NCBI GenBank assembly: GCA_016779945.1
Contig: JADHMR010000003.1
Span: 377-64,376, forward strand
DNA: 64,000 nt
Direction of reading: 5' to 3'
Origin: Bacteroidia bacterium
GTDB lineage: Bacteria > Bacteroidota > Bacteroidia > NS11-12g > UBA9320
The stretch's first letter is position 1. Every line of letters starts with the position of its first letter. The notes below the pieces were generated by a model. That model saw only the letters and a program-made list of their open reading frames with translations. It had not been told where the DNA came from and did no database searches. A program made the translations under genes and the position numbers. Of this stretch, positions 21,358 to 30,506 are shown piece after piece.

Positions 21358-22917
21358 ATGAAACGAATAAACGTACACATCATTACCTTGTGCTTAGCTA
21401 TTGGGGCAATGGCACAAAACCCTAATGATTCTTTATGGCACCTTCTTCCCTATTCAAAAAAAGGAAATGCGGGCATAGGTTACCAAGAAGCTGTAAATAT
21501 GATGAAGGATAAAAAACCACAATCAATTATTGTTGCGATTGCTGATGCAGGAGTTGATATTTATCACCCAGATTTAATTAATAGTCTTTGGAAAAATCCA
21601 CTTGAAATCGAAGGAAATAAAATTGATGATGATAATAATGGGTACATTGATGATATATATGGCTGGAATTTTATTGGGAATACAACTTATGACAACATGG
21701 AATTGACTCGCCAATACGCTCTATTAAATCCTATTTATGAATTAAAACCTGAAGCTCAAGCAAACAATCCTGACGAGTACACCACATATCTAGAAATTAA
21801 AGATAAGTTTTTAAAAGATAAAAGTGAGTCAAAACTATTTTTTGAATTCTTCCGAACAATTAGTCAGGGAGTGGAATCTATTGAAAAAAAATACGAGAGG
21901 AAGATTGATAAATCCGTCATTGAAAACCACAAGAGTCAAAATAAGGCTGAAGAATTAGCCAAAAGAATGATTCTTCGATACGCTAAAGCCACAAAGTCTT
22001 TTGATATAGAATCAATAAAAAAAGACTTAGAAGAAGGATACAAACAATATGATTATTTATACAACTACGCATACAATACCAGTTTTAATCCGAGAATCGA
22101 ACATGTAGGTGACGAATACTATAATTTAACCGAGCGTGTCTATGGGAATAATCAAGTCTACTATGGCGAAGAATTTTCTTCGCACGGTACACACTTAGCT
22201 GGAATAGTGGCCGCTGACGGGACTAATAATTTTGGTGCTAAGGGAATTTGTTCAAGTTGTAAGATTATGAGCATCCGAAATGTTCCGGAGGGAGATGAGA
22301 GAGATAAAGATGTTGCAAATGGCATACGATACGCTGTTGACAATGGTGCTAAGATTGTTAATATGAGTTTTGGTAAGGGATACAGTGACTTTCCATTAAC
22401 TGTGAAAGAAGCAATTGGATATGCCGCGAGCAAAGATGTATTATTGGTTCACGCTGCGGGTAATGACGGAGAAAACAATGATAAATCTGATAATTTTCCA
22501 CATGACTTTGAAGATGCTTATCCGAATTGGATTGAAGTGGGAGCAAGTAGTTGGAGATCAGGATCAAAGGCTTTGGCGACATTCTCAAACTATGGTAAAA
22601 CTGAAGTAGATTTATTTTCTCCTGGTGTAGATATATACAGTACAACCCCTGAAAATCAGTATGAGGCATATGACGGAACTAGCATGGCTAGTCCGGTAGT
22701 CTCTGGGGTAGCCGCTTTTGTTTGGAGCTACTATCCAAGTCTATCTGCTGCTCAACTAAAAAACATTATTCTTCAAAGCTCTGTTCCGATCAAAGGCAGG
22801 ATTAGAATTCCTGGGAGTAAAAGAAAAACTAGGGCTCATAAGATTTCTAGAACTGGTGGATTGGTTAATCTACCTAACGCACTTCGTTTAGCTGAAAAAA
22901 TAGTATCAAATGAATAA
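21358..22917 (+). CDS. secreted S8 (subtilisin-family) serine peptidase with a large insertion between catalytic Asp and His
   Basis: Signal peptide. Asp in AIADAGVD (aa 63), His in SSHGTHLAG (aa 276), Ser in GTSMASPVVSG. Confidence 0.85.
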   Translation: MKRINVHIITLCLAIGAMAQNPNDSLWHLLPYSKKGNAGIGYQEAVNMMKDKKPQSIIVAIADAGVDIYHPDLINSLWKNPLEIEGNKIDDDNNGYIDDIYGWNFIGNTTYDNMELTRQYALLNPIYELKPEAQANNPDEYTTYLEIKDKFLKDKSESKLFFEFFRTISQGVESIEKKYERKIDKSVIENHKSQNKAEELAKRMILRYAKATKSFDIESIKKDLEEGYKQYDYLYNYAYNTSFNPRIEHVGDEYYNLTERVYGNNQVYYGEEFSSHGTHLAGIVAADGTNNFGAKGICSSCKIMSIRNVPEGDERDKDVANGIRYAVDNGAKIVNMSFGKGYSDFPLTVKEAIGYAASKDVLLVHAAGNDGENNDKSDNFPHDFEDAYPNWIEVGASSWRSGSKALATFSNYGKTEVDLFSPGVDIYSTTPENQYEAYDGTSMASPVVSGVAAFVWSYYPSLSAAQLKNIILQSSVPIKGRIRIPGSKRKTRAHKISRTGGLVNLPNALRLAEKIVSNE

Positions 22918-24526
22918 TATGATGCAAAAATTATTTGTATTCATCTCACTTATTATCCTTATCTCGTGTTCTAAATCGAAAATACCAGTAGATGAAATAG
23001 TTATTGCCAAAAAAATATACATATGTGATAGTCTATTTTCAACGGCTGATGCAATTGTTATATCAAATAACCAAATAATAGCTTGGGGAGACAAAGATGA
23101 CGTAAATCAAAAATTTAGCTCAAAAAAGATTACGAAATACGATGGTTATATCTACCCCGGTTTTATAGATGCTCATTCGCATTTCTATGGGTATGGAATT
23201 ACACTCAATAAAGCTGATTTAAGGAACACCTTCAGCTTGGAAGATGTAGTTAATAAAACAGTTGAATTTGCAAAATCAAATGACGATTATTGGGTAACTG
23301 GTCGAGGGTGGGATCAGACAGATTGGACCCAAAAAGGAAGCATCTCTAATAACTTACTTAATATTTATTTTCCTGACAGACCCGTCATCATAAAGCGTAT
23401 TGACGGTCACGCTACTATTGCAAATAGAAAAGCACTTGAACTTGCTGGGATTTCAACTAAAACAAAAATAGAAGGAGGTGTGATTGAACAAAAAAATGGC
23501 AATCTCACAGGTCTCCTGACAGATAATGCGATGGATTTAGTTACTAATGTAATTTCTAAACCAAGCAGATCAAGTCAAATTTCAGCTCTTCTTAAAGCCC
23601 AAGAAAACTGCTTAAAAGCAGGGCTTACATCGGTTACCGATGCAGGACTAGACTTAAACACTATTCGTTTAATTGACAGTTTACAGCAAACTGGCGATTT
23701 AAAAATTAGATTATATATCATGGCTAATCCCAGTCCTGAAAATTTTGAATATTTTAGAAAAAATGGAGCAATTTCTAGACCCAAACTTCAAGTATCATCA
23801 TTTAAGATATACGCTGATGGAGCTTTAGGATCACGTGGGGCTAAATTGAAAAAACCATACTGTGACAAAGAAAACTTCACCGGTGTTTGGGTAACGAATC
23901 CTAAAACCATTGACTCGTTATGTCAACAAATTTTATCCCTGAATTTCCAGGCTAACACACACTGTATTGGTGATAGTGCAAATAAGAAAATTCTCGAAAT
24001 CTATGGTAAGCATCTAAAAGGTAAAAATGACCATCGATGGAGGATTGAACACGCACAAGTTGTCACACCATCTGACCGAAAACTTTTTACAGACTATTCG
24101 GTAATACCCAGTGTACAACCAACTCATGCAACAAGTGACATGAACTGGGCCTCAGATAGAATTTGCTCAAATCGGATGAAAGGTGCTTATGCATACCGTA
24201 GTCTTTTGAAACTAAATAATTATTTACCTCTAGGCACGGATTCCCCCGTAGAGGATATCTCGCCATTAAAAACCTTTTATGCTGCTGTATATCGCCAAAA
24301 TGAAAAGAATAAACCTATTGGAGGATTTATGATAAATGAATCACTAACACCCAAAGAAGCATTATTTGGCATGACTAGATGGGCCGCAAAGAGCAACCGA
24401 ATGGAACAAAATATTGGTTCGCTTGAAGAAGGTAAACTAGCAGACTACGTTGTTCTCGATCAGGATATTTTGTATGACCGATACATGCTTGATACAAAAA
24501 TTATAAAAACTGTATTGGCTGACTAG
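22910..24526 (+). CDS. amidohydrolase-family metallohydrolase lipoprotein (YtcJ-like)
   Basis: Lipobox ILISCS; metal-binding GFIDAHSHF; 538 aa. Confidence 0.75.
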   Translation: MNNMMQKLFVFISLIILISCSKSKIPVDEIVIAKKIYICDSLFSTADAIVISNNQIIAWGDKDDVNQKFSSKKITKYDGYIYPGFIDAHSHFYGYGITLNKADLRNTFSLEDVVNKTVEFAKSNDDYWVTGRGWDQTDWTQKGSISNNLLNIYFPDRPVIIKRIDGHATIANRKALELAGISTKTKIEGGVIEQKNGNLTGLLTDNAMDLVTNVISKPSRSSQISALLKAQENCLKAGLTSVTDAGLDLNTIRLIDSLQQTGDLKIRLYIMANPSPENFEYFRKNGAISRPKLQVSSFKIYADGALGSRGAKLKKPYCDKENFTGVWVTNPKTIDSLCQQILSLNFQANTHCIGDSANKKILEIYGKHLKGKNDHRWRIEHAQVVTPSDRKLFTDYSVIPSVQPTHATSDMNWASDRICSNRMKGAYAYRSLLKLNNYLPLGTDSPVEDISPLKTFYAAVYRQNEKNKPIGGFMINESLTPKEALFGMTRWAAKSNRMEQNIGSLEEGKLADYVVLDQDILYDRYMLDTKIIKTVLAD

Positions 24527-24532
24527 TAAAAA

Positions 24533-25819
24533 CTATCGCTCACTTCTTGGAACAAAGTTACGAGCAACTGGTCCAGTATAGATTTGACGAGGACGACCAA
24601 TAGGCTGTTTATCATCCATCATTTCTTTCCATTGGGCAATCCATCCTGGAAGTCTTCCCAAAGCAAATAGCACTGTGAACATCTCAATAGGGAATCCCAT
24701 TGCTTTGTAAATTATCCCAGAATAGAAGTCAACATTTGGAAATAATTTTCTCTCAACAAAATAGGGATCGTTAAGTACAACCTCTTCCAATTTTTTGGCT
24801 ATTTCAAGGGTAGGATCATTAACTCCGAGTTTAGATAACACCTCATCAGCAGATTTTTTTATAATTTTGGCTCGAGGATCAAAGTTTTTGTATACGCGGT
24901 GACCAAATCCCATTAGTCTAAATGGATCGCTTTTATCTTTTGCTTTGTCAATAAATTTCTGTGCATCACCACCGTCTGCGTGAATAGCCTCAAGCATTTC
25001 TATTACTTTTTGATTGGCTCCACCATGCAATGGACCCCATAATGATGCAATACCGGCACTAATAGATGCATATAAGTTTGCATGTGACGAGCCCACTAAT
25101 CTTACGGTTGATGCAGAGCAATTTTGTTCGTGATCAGCATGTAAAATCATAAGCTTGTTCATCGCACTAACAAGTACAGGATCAATATGATAATCTTCAG
25201 TAACGTGCTTAAACGTCATATTCAAATAATTCTCAACATAGCCAAGGTTATTTTGAGGATAGATTAACGGATGCCCGATTCTTTTTTTAGAAATCATAGC
25301 ACAAATAGTTGGCATTTTTGCGAGTAATCGAGTAATCGTTCTCATTCTAGCCTCATCACCTGAGTTTGAATTTAAGCTATCTGGATAAAACGAAGATAGT
25401 GATGATATCATCGCAATTAATTGTCCCATTGGGTGTGAACCAGTAGGCCAAGCATCAAAAATATTTTTTAAATCACCATTTACTAGCGTATGTCTTGTGA
25501 TTTCAGTATCCCATTTCTCGTATTGTTCCTTATTGGGCAACTCACCGTTTATTAGTAAATAAGCAACTTCTAAAAACTCTGCTTTATCTGCTAATTCCTC
25601 GATTGAGTATCCTCGATGTCTTAGAATTCCTGCCTCTCCATCCAGATAAGTGATGTTACTGGAAGTACTTCCCGTATTCTTATACCCAAAATCTAAGGTT
25701 ACTGCACCTGTCTCAGCTCTTAATTTACTAATGTCTAAACCTATTTCATTTTCTGATCCAACGACTATAGGTAATTCTGCTTCTTTTCCTTGTATATTTA
25801 TTTTTGCTGTTTCAGACAT
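24533..25819 (-). CDS. gltA: citrate synthase
   Basis: 428 aa with LHADHEQN, GPLHGGAN and GFGHRVYK. Confidence 0.95.
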   Translation of the reverse strand: MSETAKINIQGKEAELPIVVGSENEIGLDISKLRAETGAVTLDFGYKNTGSTSSNITYLDGEAGILRHRGYSIEELADKAEFLEVAYLLINGELPNKEQYEKWDTEITRHTLVNGDLKNIFDAWPTGSHPMGQLIAMISSLSSFYPDSLNSNSGDEARMRTITRLLAKMPTICAMISKKRIGHPLIYPQNNLGYVENYLNMTFKHVTEDYHIDPVLVSAMNKLMILHADHEQNCSASTVRLVGSSHANLYASISAGIASLWGPLHGGANQKVIEMLEAIHADGGDAQKFIDKAKDKSDPFRLMGFGHRVYKNFDPRAKIIKKSADEVLSKLGVNDPTLEIAKKLEEVVLNDPYFVERKLFPNVDFYSGIIYKAMGFPIEMFTVLFALGRLPGWIAQWKEMMDDKQPIGRPRQIYTGPVARNFVPRSER

Positions 25820-25856
25820 GGGTTAATAAGGTTTAATTATAAATTGTATGATGTTG

Positions 25857-25864
25857 CAAATTTA
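25857..25864 (-). promoter_or_regulatory. -7 box for gltA
   Basis: TAAATTTG on the minus strand, 37 nt before the ATG at 25819. Confidence 0.5.
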
Positions 25865-25921
25865 CGTTTTTACCCCCTATTTTAAAAGTAAGACAGTTAA
25901 TTATTTCTGTTATTATTAGTT

Positions 25922-25929
25922 TAGTTTTG
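25922..25929 (+). promoter_or_regulatory. -7 box for the hypothetical gene at 25952
   Basis: TAGTTTTG, 22 nt before the ATG. Confidence 0.5.
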
Positions 25930-25951
25930 TTCTTTATTATGACTACAAAAT

Positions 25952-26617
25952 ATGTCTGAAAAACTAATTGAAATCATTGACGGATTAAATAATAAGGCTG
26001 CTCTAAAACAGCATATTTACAGGAATACAATAACAGTATTCGAACAATTTAAAAAGTGTGCATCAGAGATTGCAGATAAGCTTACCCCTGAGATAATCTC
26101 TCAAGATAAAAGTTTGGAAGTTGGTCTATCCGAAATTGGCGAGTTCGAATTTCACTTAAAATTTAGTGGTGACACTATTGCTTTCATTATGCATACCAAT
26201 GTTTTTTCGTTTCCTCCCGAACATGAAGTCAGTAAATCATCCTATGTCAATGAAGCTCCTGATCGAGGATACTGTGGGATGATTCAAGCCTATAATTTTT
26301 TGTCAGACTCATTAAAATACCGACGATTAGGCGACATTGGCTATCTACTTGCTCGAATTTTTATTAACTGTGAAGGTAATTTTTACGTGGATGGTCAACG
26401 ACAACTGGATTTTTTATTCAAAGATTTTAACAAACAAAAAATCGATAATGAATCCATCATTAAAGTAATTGAACAAACCATGCTATACGCCCTTGATTTT
26501 GATCTATATATCCCTCCTATGGATACCATGAAAGAAATAACTGTTCAGGAGAAAGATTATTTTAACAATCCAAGGGGGTTTGTCACGGGAAAAAGATTAG
26601 GCTTTAAAAAAGACTAA
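25952..26617 (+). CDS. hypothetical cytoplasmic protein
   Basis: Clean 221-aa ORF with a TAGTTTTG box 22 nt upstream. No signal peptide and no motif I recognise. Confidence 0.6.
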   Translation: MSEKLIEIIDGLNNKAALKQHIYRNTITVFEQFKKCASEIADKLTPEIISQDKSLEVGLSEIGEFEFHLKFSGDTIAFIMHTNVFSFPPEHEVSKSSYVNEAPDRGYCGMIQAYNFLSDSLKYRRLGDIGYLLARIFINCEGNFYVDGQRQLDFLFKDFNKQKIDNESIIKVIEQTMLYALDFDLYIPPMDTMKEITVQEKDYFNNPRGFVTGKRLGFKKD

Positions 26618-26883
26618 CTAATCGGATTCAATTCCATCCACTCTACTCCTTTTGCAGTAGCTTTGAATGAACTTTCTTTCATTTTATCACTATCATAAAT
26701 CCAAGAAAGACTGACATAAGAATTTGATGCGACCAGAAGCTTGTGATGAATTAAATTTTTAATTGCATCAGCTATCACACTTTGCTTGGTTTCTAAATTA
26801 CATTCATCTACTAGCGTTTCAAATGTCTCTGGGAATAAACACGATCGCAGTAATTCGGATTCTAAATCAGGTAGTTCTATCAT
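26614..26883 (-). CDS. hypothetical small protein, last gene of the flippase-like/GT2 operon
   Basis: 89 aa. Has a 4-nt overlap with the upstream GT2 gene; no recognisable motif. Confidence 0.5.
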   Translation of the reverse strand: MIELPDLESELLRSCLFPETFETLVDECNLETKQSVIADAIKNLIHHKLLVASNSYVSLSWIYDSDKMKESSFKATAKGVEWMELNPIS

Positions 26884-27986
26884 TTAACAACTCTTGCTTT
26901 CCATTTGTAACTCAATAATTGAGAGAAAATCGGCAATATAGCCATATATGCTACATGGAATAACTGGCCAAATAAAATCAAAAAATAGCCTTTTTTCACA
27001 CCCATAAATTGCATATAGTTATTATAAAAATTTAACTCTGATATTGTTTTAATTAGTAACAAAAAAAACGCAACCAAAATACCCAGTTTTGAAAATGATA
27101 ATACAGAACCGACAATAGTAAAATTGTACAGCCAGATGCAAATCATTAAAACGGTGTTAAATCTAGAATCATAATCACTGTTTTTACTTGCCCAACGAAG
27201 ACGCTGATTCCAAAAAAATGATAAACTTTTGGGACCTTCTGTCTTTACTATAGCTTGTTTATTTTTACAAAATCGAATGCTATTTTGCTTTAAGTTAAAG
27301 GCACTTTGCAAAAGGAAAACGTCATCGCCACTTGCCTTATTTAAATGAATATTTGCGTTAGCAACTAAACTACGTCTATATGCCATATTAGCTCCATTGC
27401 ACATAAGAGGCTTTTGCCAATTTATGTGTGCAGCTCCAATTGCTATTAGTGATGAAAAATCCAAGGCTACTATTTTTTGCCAGAAATTTTTTGGTTCAAA
27501 ATAAATTACGGGACCACTCACAAAATTTATTAGAGGATGATCAAACGACTGCAACATTGAAGAAACCCACTGTTGAGGCAATACGCAGTCTGCGTCTGTC
27601 TGAAATATAATGTCTCCTCCAGATTTTTCCCAACCTAACTCAATTGCTGCCTTTTTACCCTTTTTGTCTTCCAAATGAAGAACAGAAAAAGGTAACTTAC
27701 ATAAATTTAACAAATCGCAACTAGAATCTGTAGAATGGTCATTAATAAATATGACCTCTAATTCAATACCACTTACCTCAAGCTGATTTAATGACTCTAT
27801 CAATCTAGGCAATGAATTTGCTTCATTCCTAAAAGGTATTAAAATAGAAATAAAAGAAGTTGATTTTTTTGATGATATGATTCCCTCAATTTCAGGAATG
27901 TTTTTCCATAATTTACCATACTTTGTAAGTAGAAGGTTATAGAAAACGGCTAGTAAAAAAGTGAATACGATATAAACTGTTATCAT
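26880..27986 (-). CDS. membrane-embedded family 2 glycosyltransferase with a processive-type QxxRW motif
   Basis: ILIPFRNE, INDHSTDSS, QTDADC, NQRLRWASK, plus C-terminal TM helices. Confidence 0.8.
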   Translation of the reverse strand: MITVYIVFTFLLAVFYNLLLTKYGKLWKNIPEIEGIISSKKSTSFISILIPFRNEANSLPRLIESLNQLEVSGIELEVIFINDHSTDSSCDLLNLCKLPFSVLHLEDKKGKKAAIELGWEKSGGDIIFQTDADCVLPQQWVSSMLQSFDHPLINFVSGPVIYFEPKNFWQKIVALDFSSLIAIGAAHINWQKPLMCNGANMAYRRSLVANANIHLNKASGDDVFLLQSAFNLKQNSIRFCKNKQAIVKTEGPKSLSFFWNQRLRWASKNSDYDSRFNTVLMICIWLYNFTIVGSVLSFSKLGILVAFFLLLIKTISELNFYNNYMQFMGVKKGYFLILFGQLFHVAYMAILPIFSQLLSYKWKARVVK

Positions 27987-28936
27987 TCTTCTATAAAATT
28001 TGATGAAACCAGAAAAATTGCTCCAATAATTCCAGGTAATATCAGATTAATTGCCCACAAACATGTTACAGATTGAACTAATGCCACATTTGACATATAT
28101 CCCCCAAATAATAAACTACAAACACCAACTCTGATACCTATATCTGAAATAGCGGGCACTGGAACAATACTTTGCATAAGAAATGCAATGGGAACTAACC
28201 ATAAATAATAAGTAGGTAATGAAAAATCTGAAAACAATTGCAGTAAAATAAATAGTTGAATTGTAAATACAATATACCTTAAAAATGAATAAATGATTAC
28301 TCGACCATACACTGAAAAATTATAGTGTTGAACTAACTTAAAAAACGATTGTATTTTGGATGGTAAGTAATTACTAATGAATCTAACTATTTTTTTAGAA
28401 AGAACTATAAATGTAAATAAAATGAAACATAGAAGAACACTCAAGATAAACGAAAAATGATCAAGCCAATCTTCATAAAAATCATAGAAAAAATAAACAA
28501 CACAAATGCTAATTAATCCCAATCCATAAGTCATCAAAACTTGAGCAAGATTGCCAGCAACCGTCGCAATTGTAATTTTTAATGGATGAATACCTTTAAG
28601 GAGAAGGCTACGGCCAATATATTCTCCTGATCTTGCGGGAGTAAAATTACTAATTGCCATACCACCCAATACCGTAAAAAATGATTTCACCTGAGTTAAA
28701 CTGCTATTTTGTAAAAGTAATTTGAATTTCAGTGCTTCAAAATTCCAATTCAAGATGACTAATAAAAATACCCCCGTAAAAATGAATGGATAATTTTCAA
28801 ATGCAGACGTGAATCTGGGTAAAAATTCGTTCGTCCAGTCTATATCCTTGATAGATCTATAAAAAAAAATAAATGATAAAACACTTAAAACCCACTTTAA
28901 TAAGGGATATACAGTATTGTATGCGTTATATTTCAT
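27983..28936 (-). CDS. polytopic membrane protein, LPG-synthase-TM / flippase-like (UPF0104) type
   Basis: 317 aa with about 8 predicted TM segments. The family assignment rests on overall architecture and pairing with GT2, not on a sharp motif. Confidence 0.5.
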   Translation of the reverse strand: MKYNAYNTVYPLLKWVLSVLSFIFFYRSIKDIDWTNEFLPRFTSAFENYPFIFTGVFLLVILNWNFEALKFKLLLQNSSLTQVKSFFTVLGGMAISNFTPARSGEYIGRSLLLKGIHPLKITIATVAGNLAQVLMTYGLGLISICVVYFFYDFYEDWLDHFSFILSVLLCFILFTFIVLSKKIVRFISNYLPSKIQSFFKLVQHYNFSVYGRVIIYSFLRYIVFTIQLFILLQLFSDFSLPTYYLWLVPIAFLMQSIVPVPAISDIGIRVGVCSLLFGGYMSNVALVQSVTCLWAINLILPGIIGAIFLVSSNFIEE

Positions 28937-28976
28937 TTTCGAATAGCTTGTTAGTAATCGATAGATGGGTTAGGGT

Positions 28977-28984
28977 TAACTTTG
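28977..28984 (+). promoter_or_regulatory. -7 box for ruvC, close to the start codon
   Basis: TAACTTTG, 9 nt before the GTG at 28994. Confidence 0.4.
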
Positions 28985-28993
28985 TATTTAATC

Positions 28994-29563
28994 GTGGCGA
29001 AAGATAACACTTACGATAAAATAATCTTGGGCATAGATCCCGGCACCAACATTGCTGGTTATGGAGTGATAGGAATTAAAAAAAATCAGCTTCACTATAT
29101 CAGTATGGGGATTTTTGATTTACGTTCGGAAATTAACCACGCTATGAAACTCCAATCTATTTTTGATCAATGCTCAAAACTAATAGACACCTATCTTCCA
29201 GATGAGTTTGCTATAGAGGCCCCATTTTATGGTAAAAATGCTCAAAGTATGCTTAAATTAGGTCGTGCTCAAGGAGTAAGTATGGCAGCTGCACTTAACC
29301 GTAACATCCCAATATTTGAATATGCTCCAAGGAGAATCAAACAAAGTGTTACTGGAAGAGGGACAGCTACTAAGGATCAGGTAGCAGGAATGGTTAAATC
29401 ACTATTGAACTTAGAAACACTGCATTCAAAATTTGATGCAACTGATGCTTTAGCTATTGCTATTTGCCACTATTTCTCATACAAACCAGGACAAGGTAAT
29501 GATGGTAAAAAATTTGATAGCTGGAGTAGTTTTGTTTCAAAAAATCCAGACAAAATCAACTAG
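28994..29563 (+). CDS. ruvC: crossover junction endodeoxyribonuclease RuvC
   Basis: ILGIDPGTN..GYGVI, EAPFYGKNAQS and ATDALAIA. The track start at 28982 (TTG) sits inside a TAACTTTG box, so I use the GTG at 28994. Confidence 0.85.
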   Translation: MAKDNTYDKIILGIDPGTNIAGYGVIGIKKNQLHYISMGIFDLRSEINHAMKLQSIFDQCSKLIDTYLPDEFAIEAPFYGKNAQSMLKLGRAQGVSMAAALNRNIPIFEYAPRRIKQSVTGRGTATKDQVAGMVKSLLNLETLHSKFDATDALAIAICHYFSYKPGQGNDGKKFDSWSSFVSKNPDKIN

Positions 29564-29565
29564 TT

Positions 29566-29967
29566 TTAATCTAATTTTTGAAAAGCTTGACTAATAGCCG
29601 ACGATACTTCAAGCATTCGGTTGGAATCTACTTCAATCTTAGGTTTTGAAAAATTAATGTCTTCAACTGAATCAATAGGAACGAGGTGTATGTGAGCATG
29701 AGGAACTTCTAATCCAATAACTGCCATTCCAATACGATTACATGGTATAACAGATTTCATAGCTTTGGCAACTTTTTTTGAGAATAAATGAAGATCCGAT
29801 AAATCTTGATTATCTAAGTCGAATATATAATCAGTTGGCAATTTGGGTATGACTAGGACATGACCTTCTTTTAGTGGGAATGCATCTAAAAATGCCAGAC
29901 ATTTTTCACTTTCAGCTACCTTATAAGAGGGAATATCACCAGCTATAATTTTTTCAAAAATGGTCAC
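29566..29967 (-). CDS. HIT-family nucleotide hydrolase
   Basis: Histidine triad HAHIHLVP; 133 aa. Confidence 0.9.
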   Translation of the reverse strand: MTIFEKIIAGDIPSYKVAESEKCLAFLDAFPLKEGHVLVIPKLPTDYIFDLDNQDLSDLHLFSKKVAKAMKSVIPCNRIGMAVIGLEVPHAHIHLVPIDSVEDINFSKPKIEVDSNRMLEVSSAISQAFQKLD

Positions 29968-30437
29968 TACAAACTAACTTCTAAAATTTCAAATTGAATC
30001 ACACCTGCAGGAACTTGAATGTCAACAATGTCCCCTACTTTACGACCCATTAAACCTTCTCCAATAGGAGATTTTACTGAAATTTTATGTTCTTTTAAGT
30101 TAGACTCACTCTCGGCAACAATAAAATAAGTAACTTCTTTGTTGAATTTCTTATTCATTAATCTGACTTTAGTTTGGATATTCACCTTACTCAAGTCTAA
30201 ATCCTGTGGATTAATAACTCGAGAGCTGGCTAGGGTGTTTTTAAGCTTTGAAATTTTCATTTCAAGGAGACCTTGAGCTTCTTTAGCTGCATCATACTCA
30301 GCGTTCTCGGAGAGATCACCTTTATCGCGAGCTTCTGCAATCTGGTTACTTATTTTTTTTCGCTCTACTTTTTCGAGATGGGCTATCTGATTTTTTAGCG
30401 AATCAAATCCTTCTTGTGAGACGTAATTTATTGACAT
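29967..30437 (-). CDS. greA: transcription elongation factor GreA
   Basis: ARDKGDLSENAEYDAAKE coiled coil plus a C-terminal FKBP-like domain; 156 aa. Confidence 0.95.
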   Translation of the reverse strand: MSINYVSQEGFDSLKNQIAHLEKVERKKISNQIAEARDKGDLSENAEYDAAKEAQGLLEMKISKLKNTLASSRVINPQDLDLSKVNIQTKVRLMNKKFNKEVTYFIVAESESNLKEHKISVKSPIGEGLMGRKVGDIVDIQVPAGVIQFEILEVSL

Positions 30438-30440
30438 TTT

Positions 30441-30476
30441 TTATAAAAAGTAAGCCCCACAGCAATGTGTGGGGAC
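30441..30476 (-). terminator. hairpin terminator after the PorV/PorQ-like gene
   Basis: CCCCACA (30455-30461) pairs with TGTGGGG (30468-30474). On the minus strand it is followed by CTTACTTTTTAT. It lies 30 nt downstream of the stop at 30507. Confidence 0.55.
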
Positions 30477-30506
30477 ATGAGTTAAATTCTTAATAATTAA
30501 AGATGA

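Noticed and set aside
28857-28870. A9/T9 homopolymer near the 5' end of the flippase-like gene, and A8/T8 runs in other genes (for example 14391-14398 and 10603-10610), considered as phase-variation tracts.
   Set aside because: Runs of 8-9 A/T are expected at this base composition. All frames are intact, and there is no population data to show length variation.
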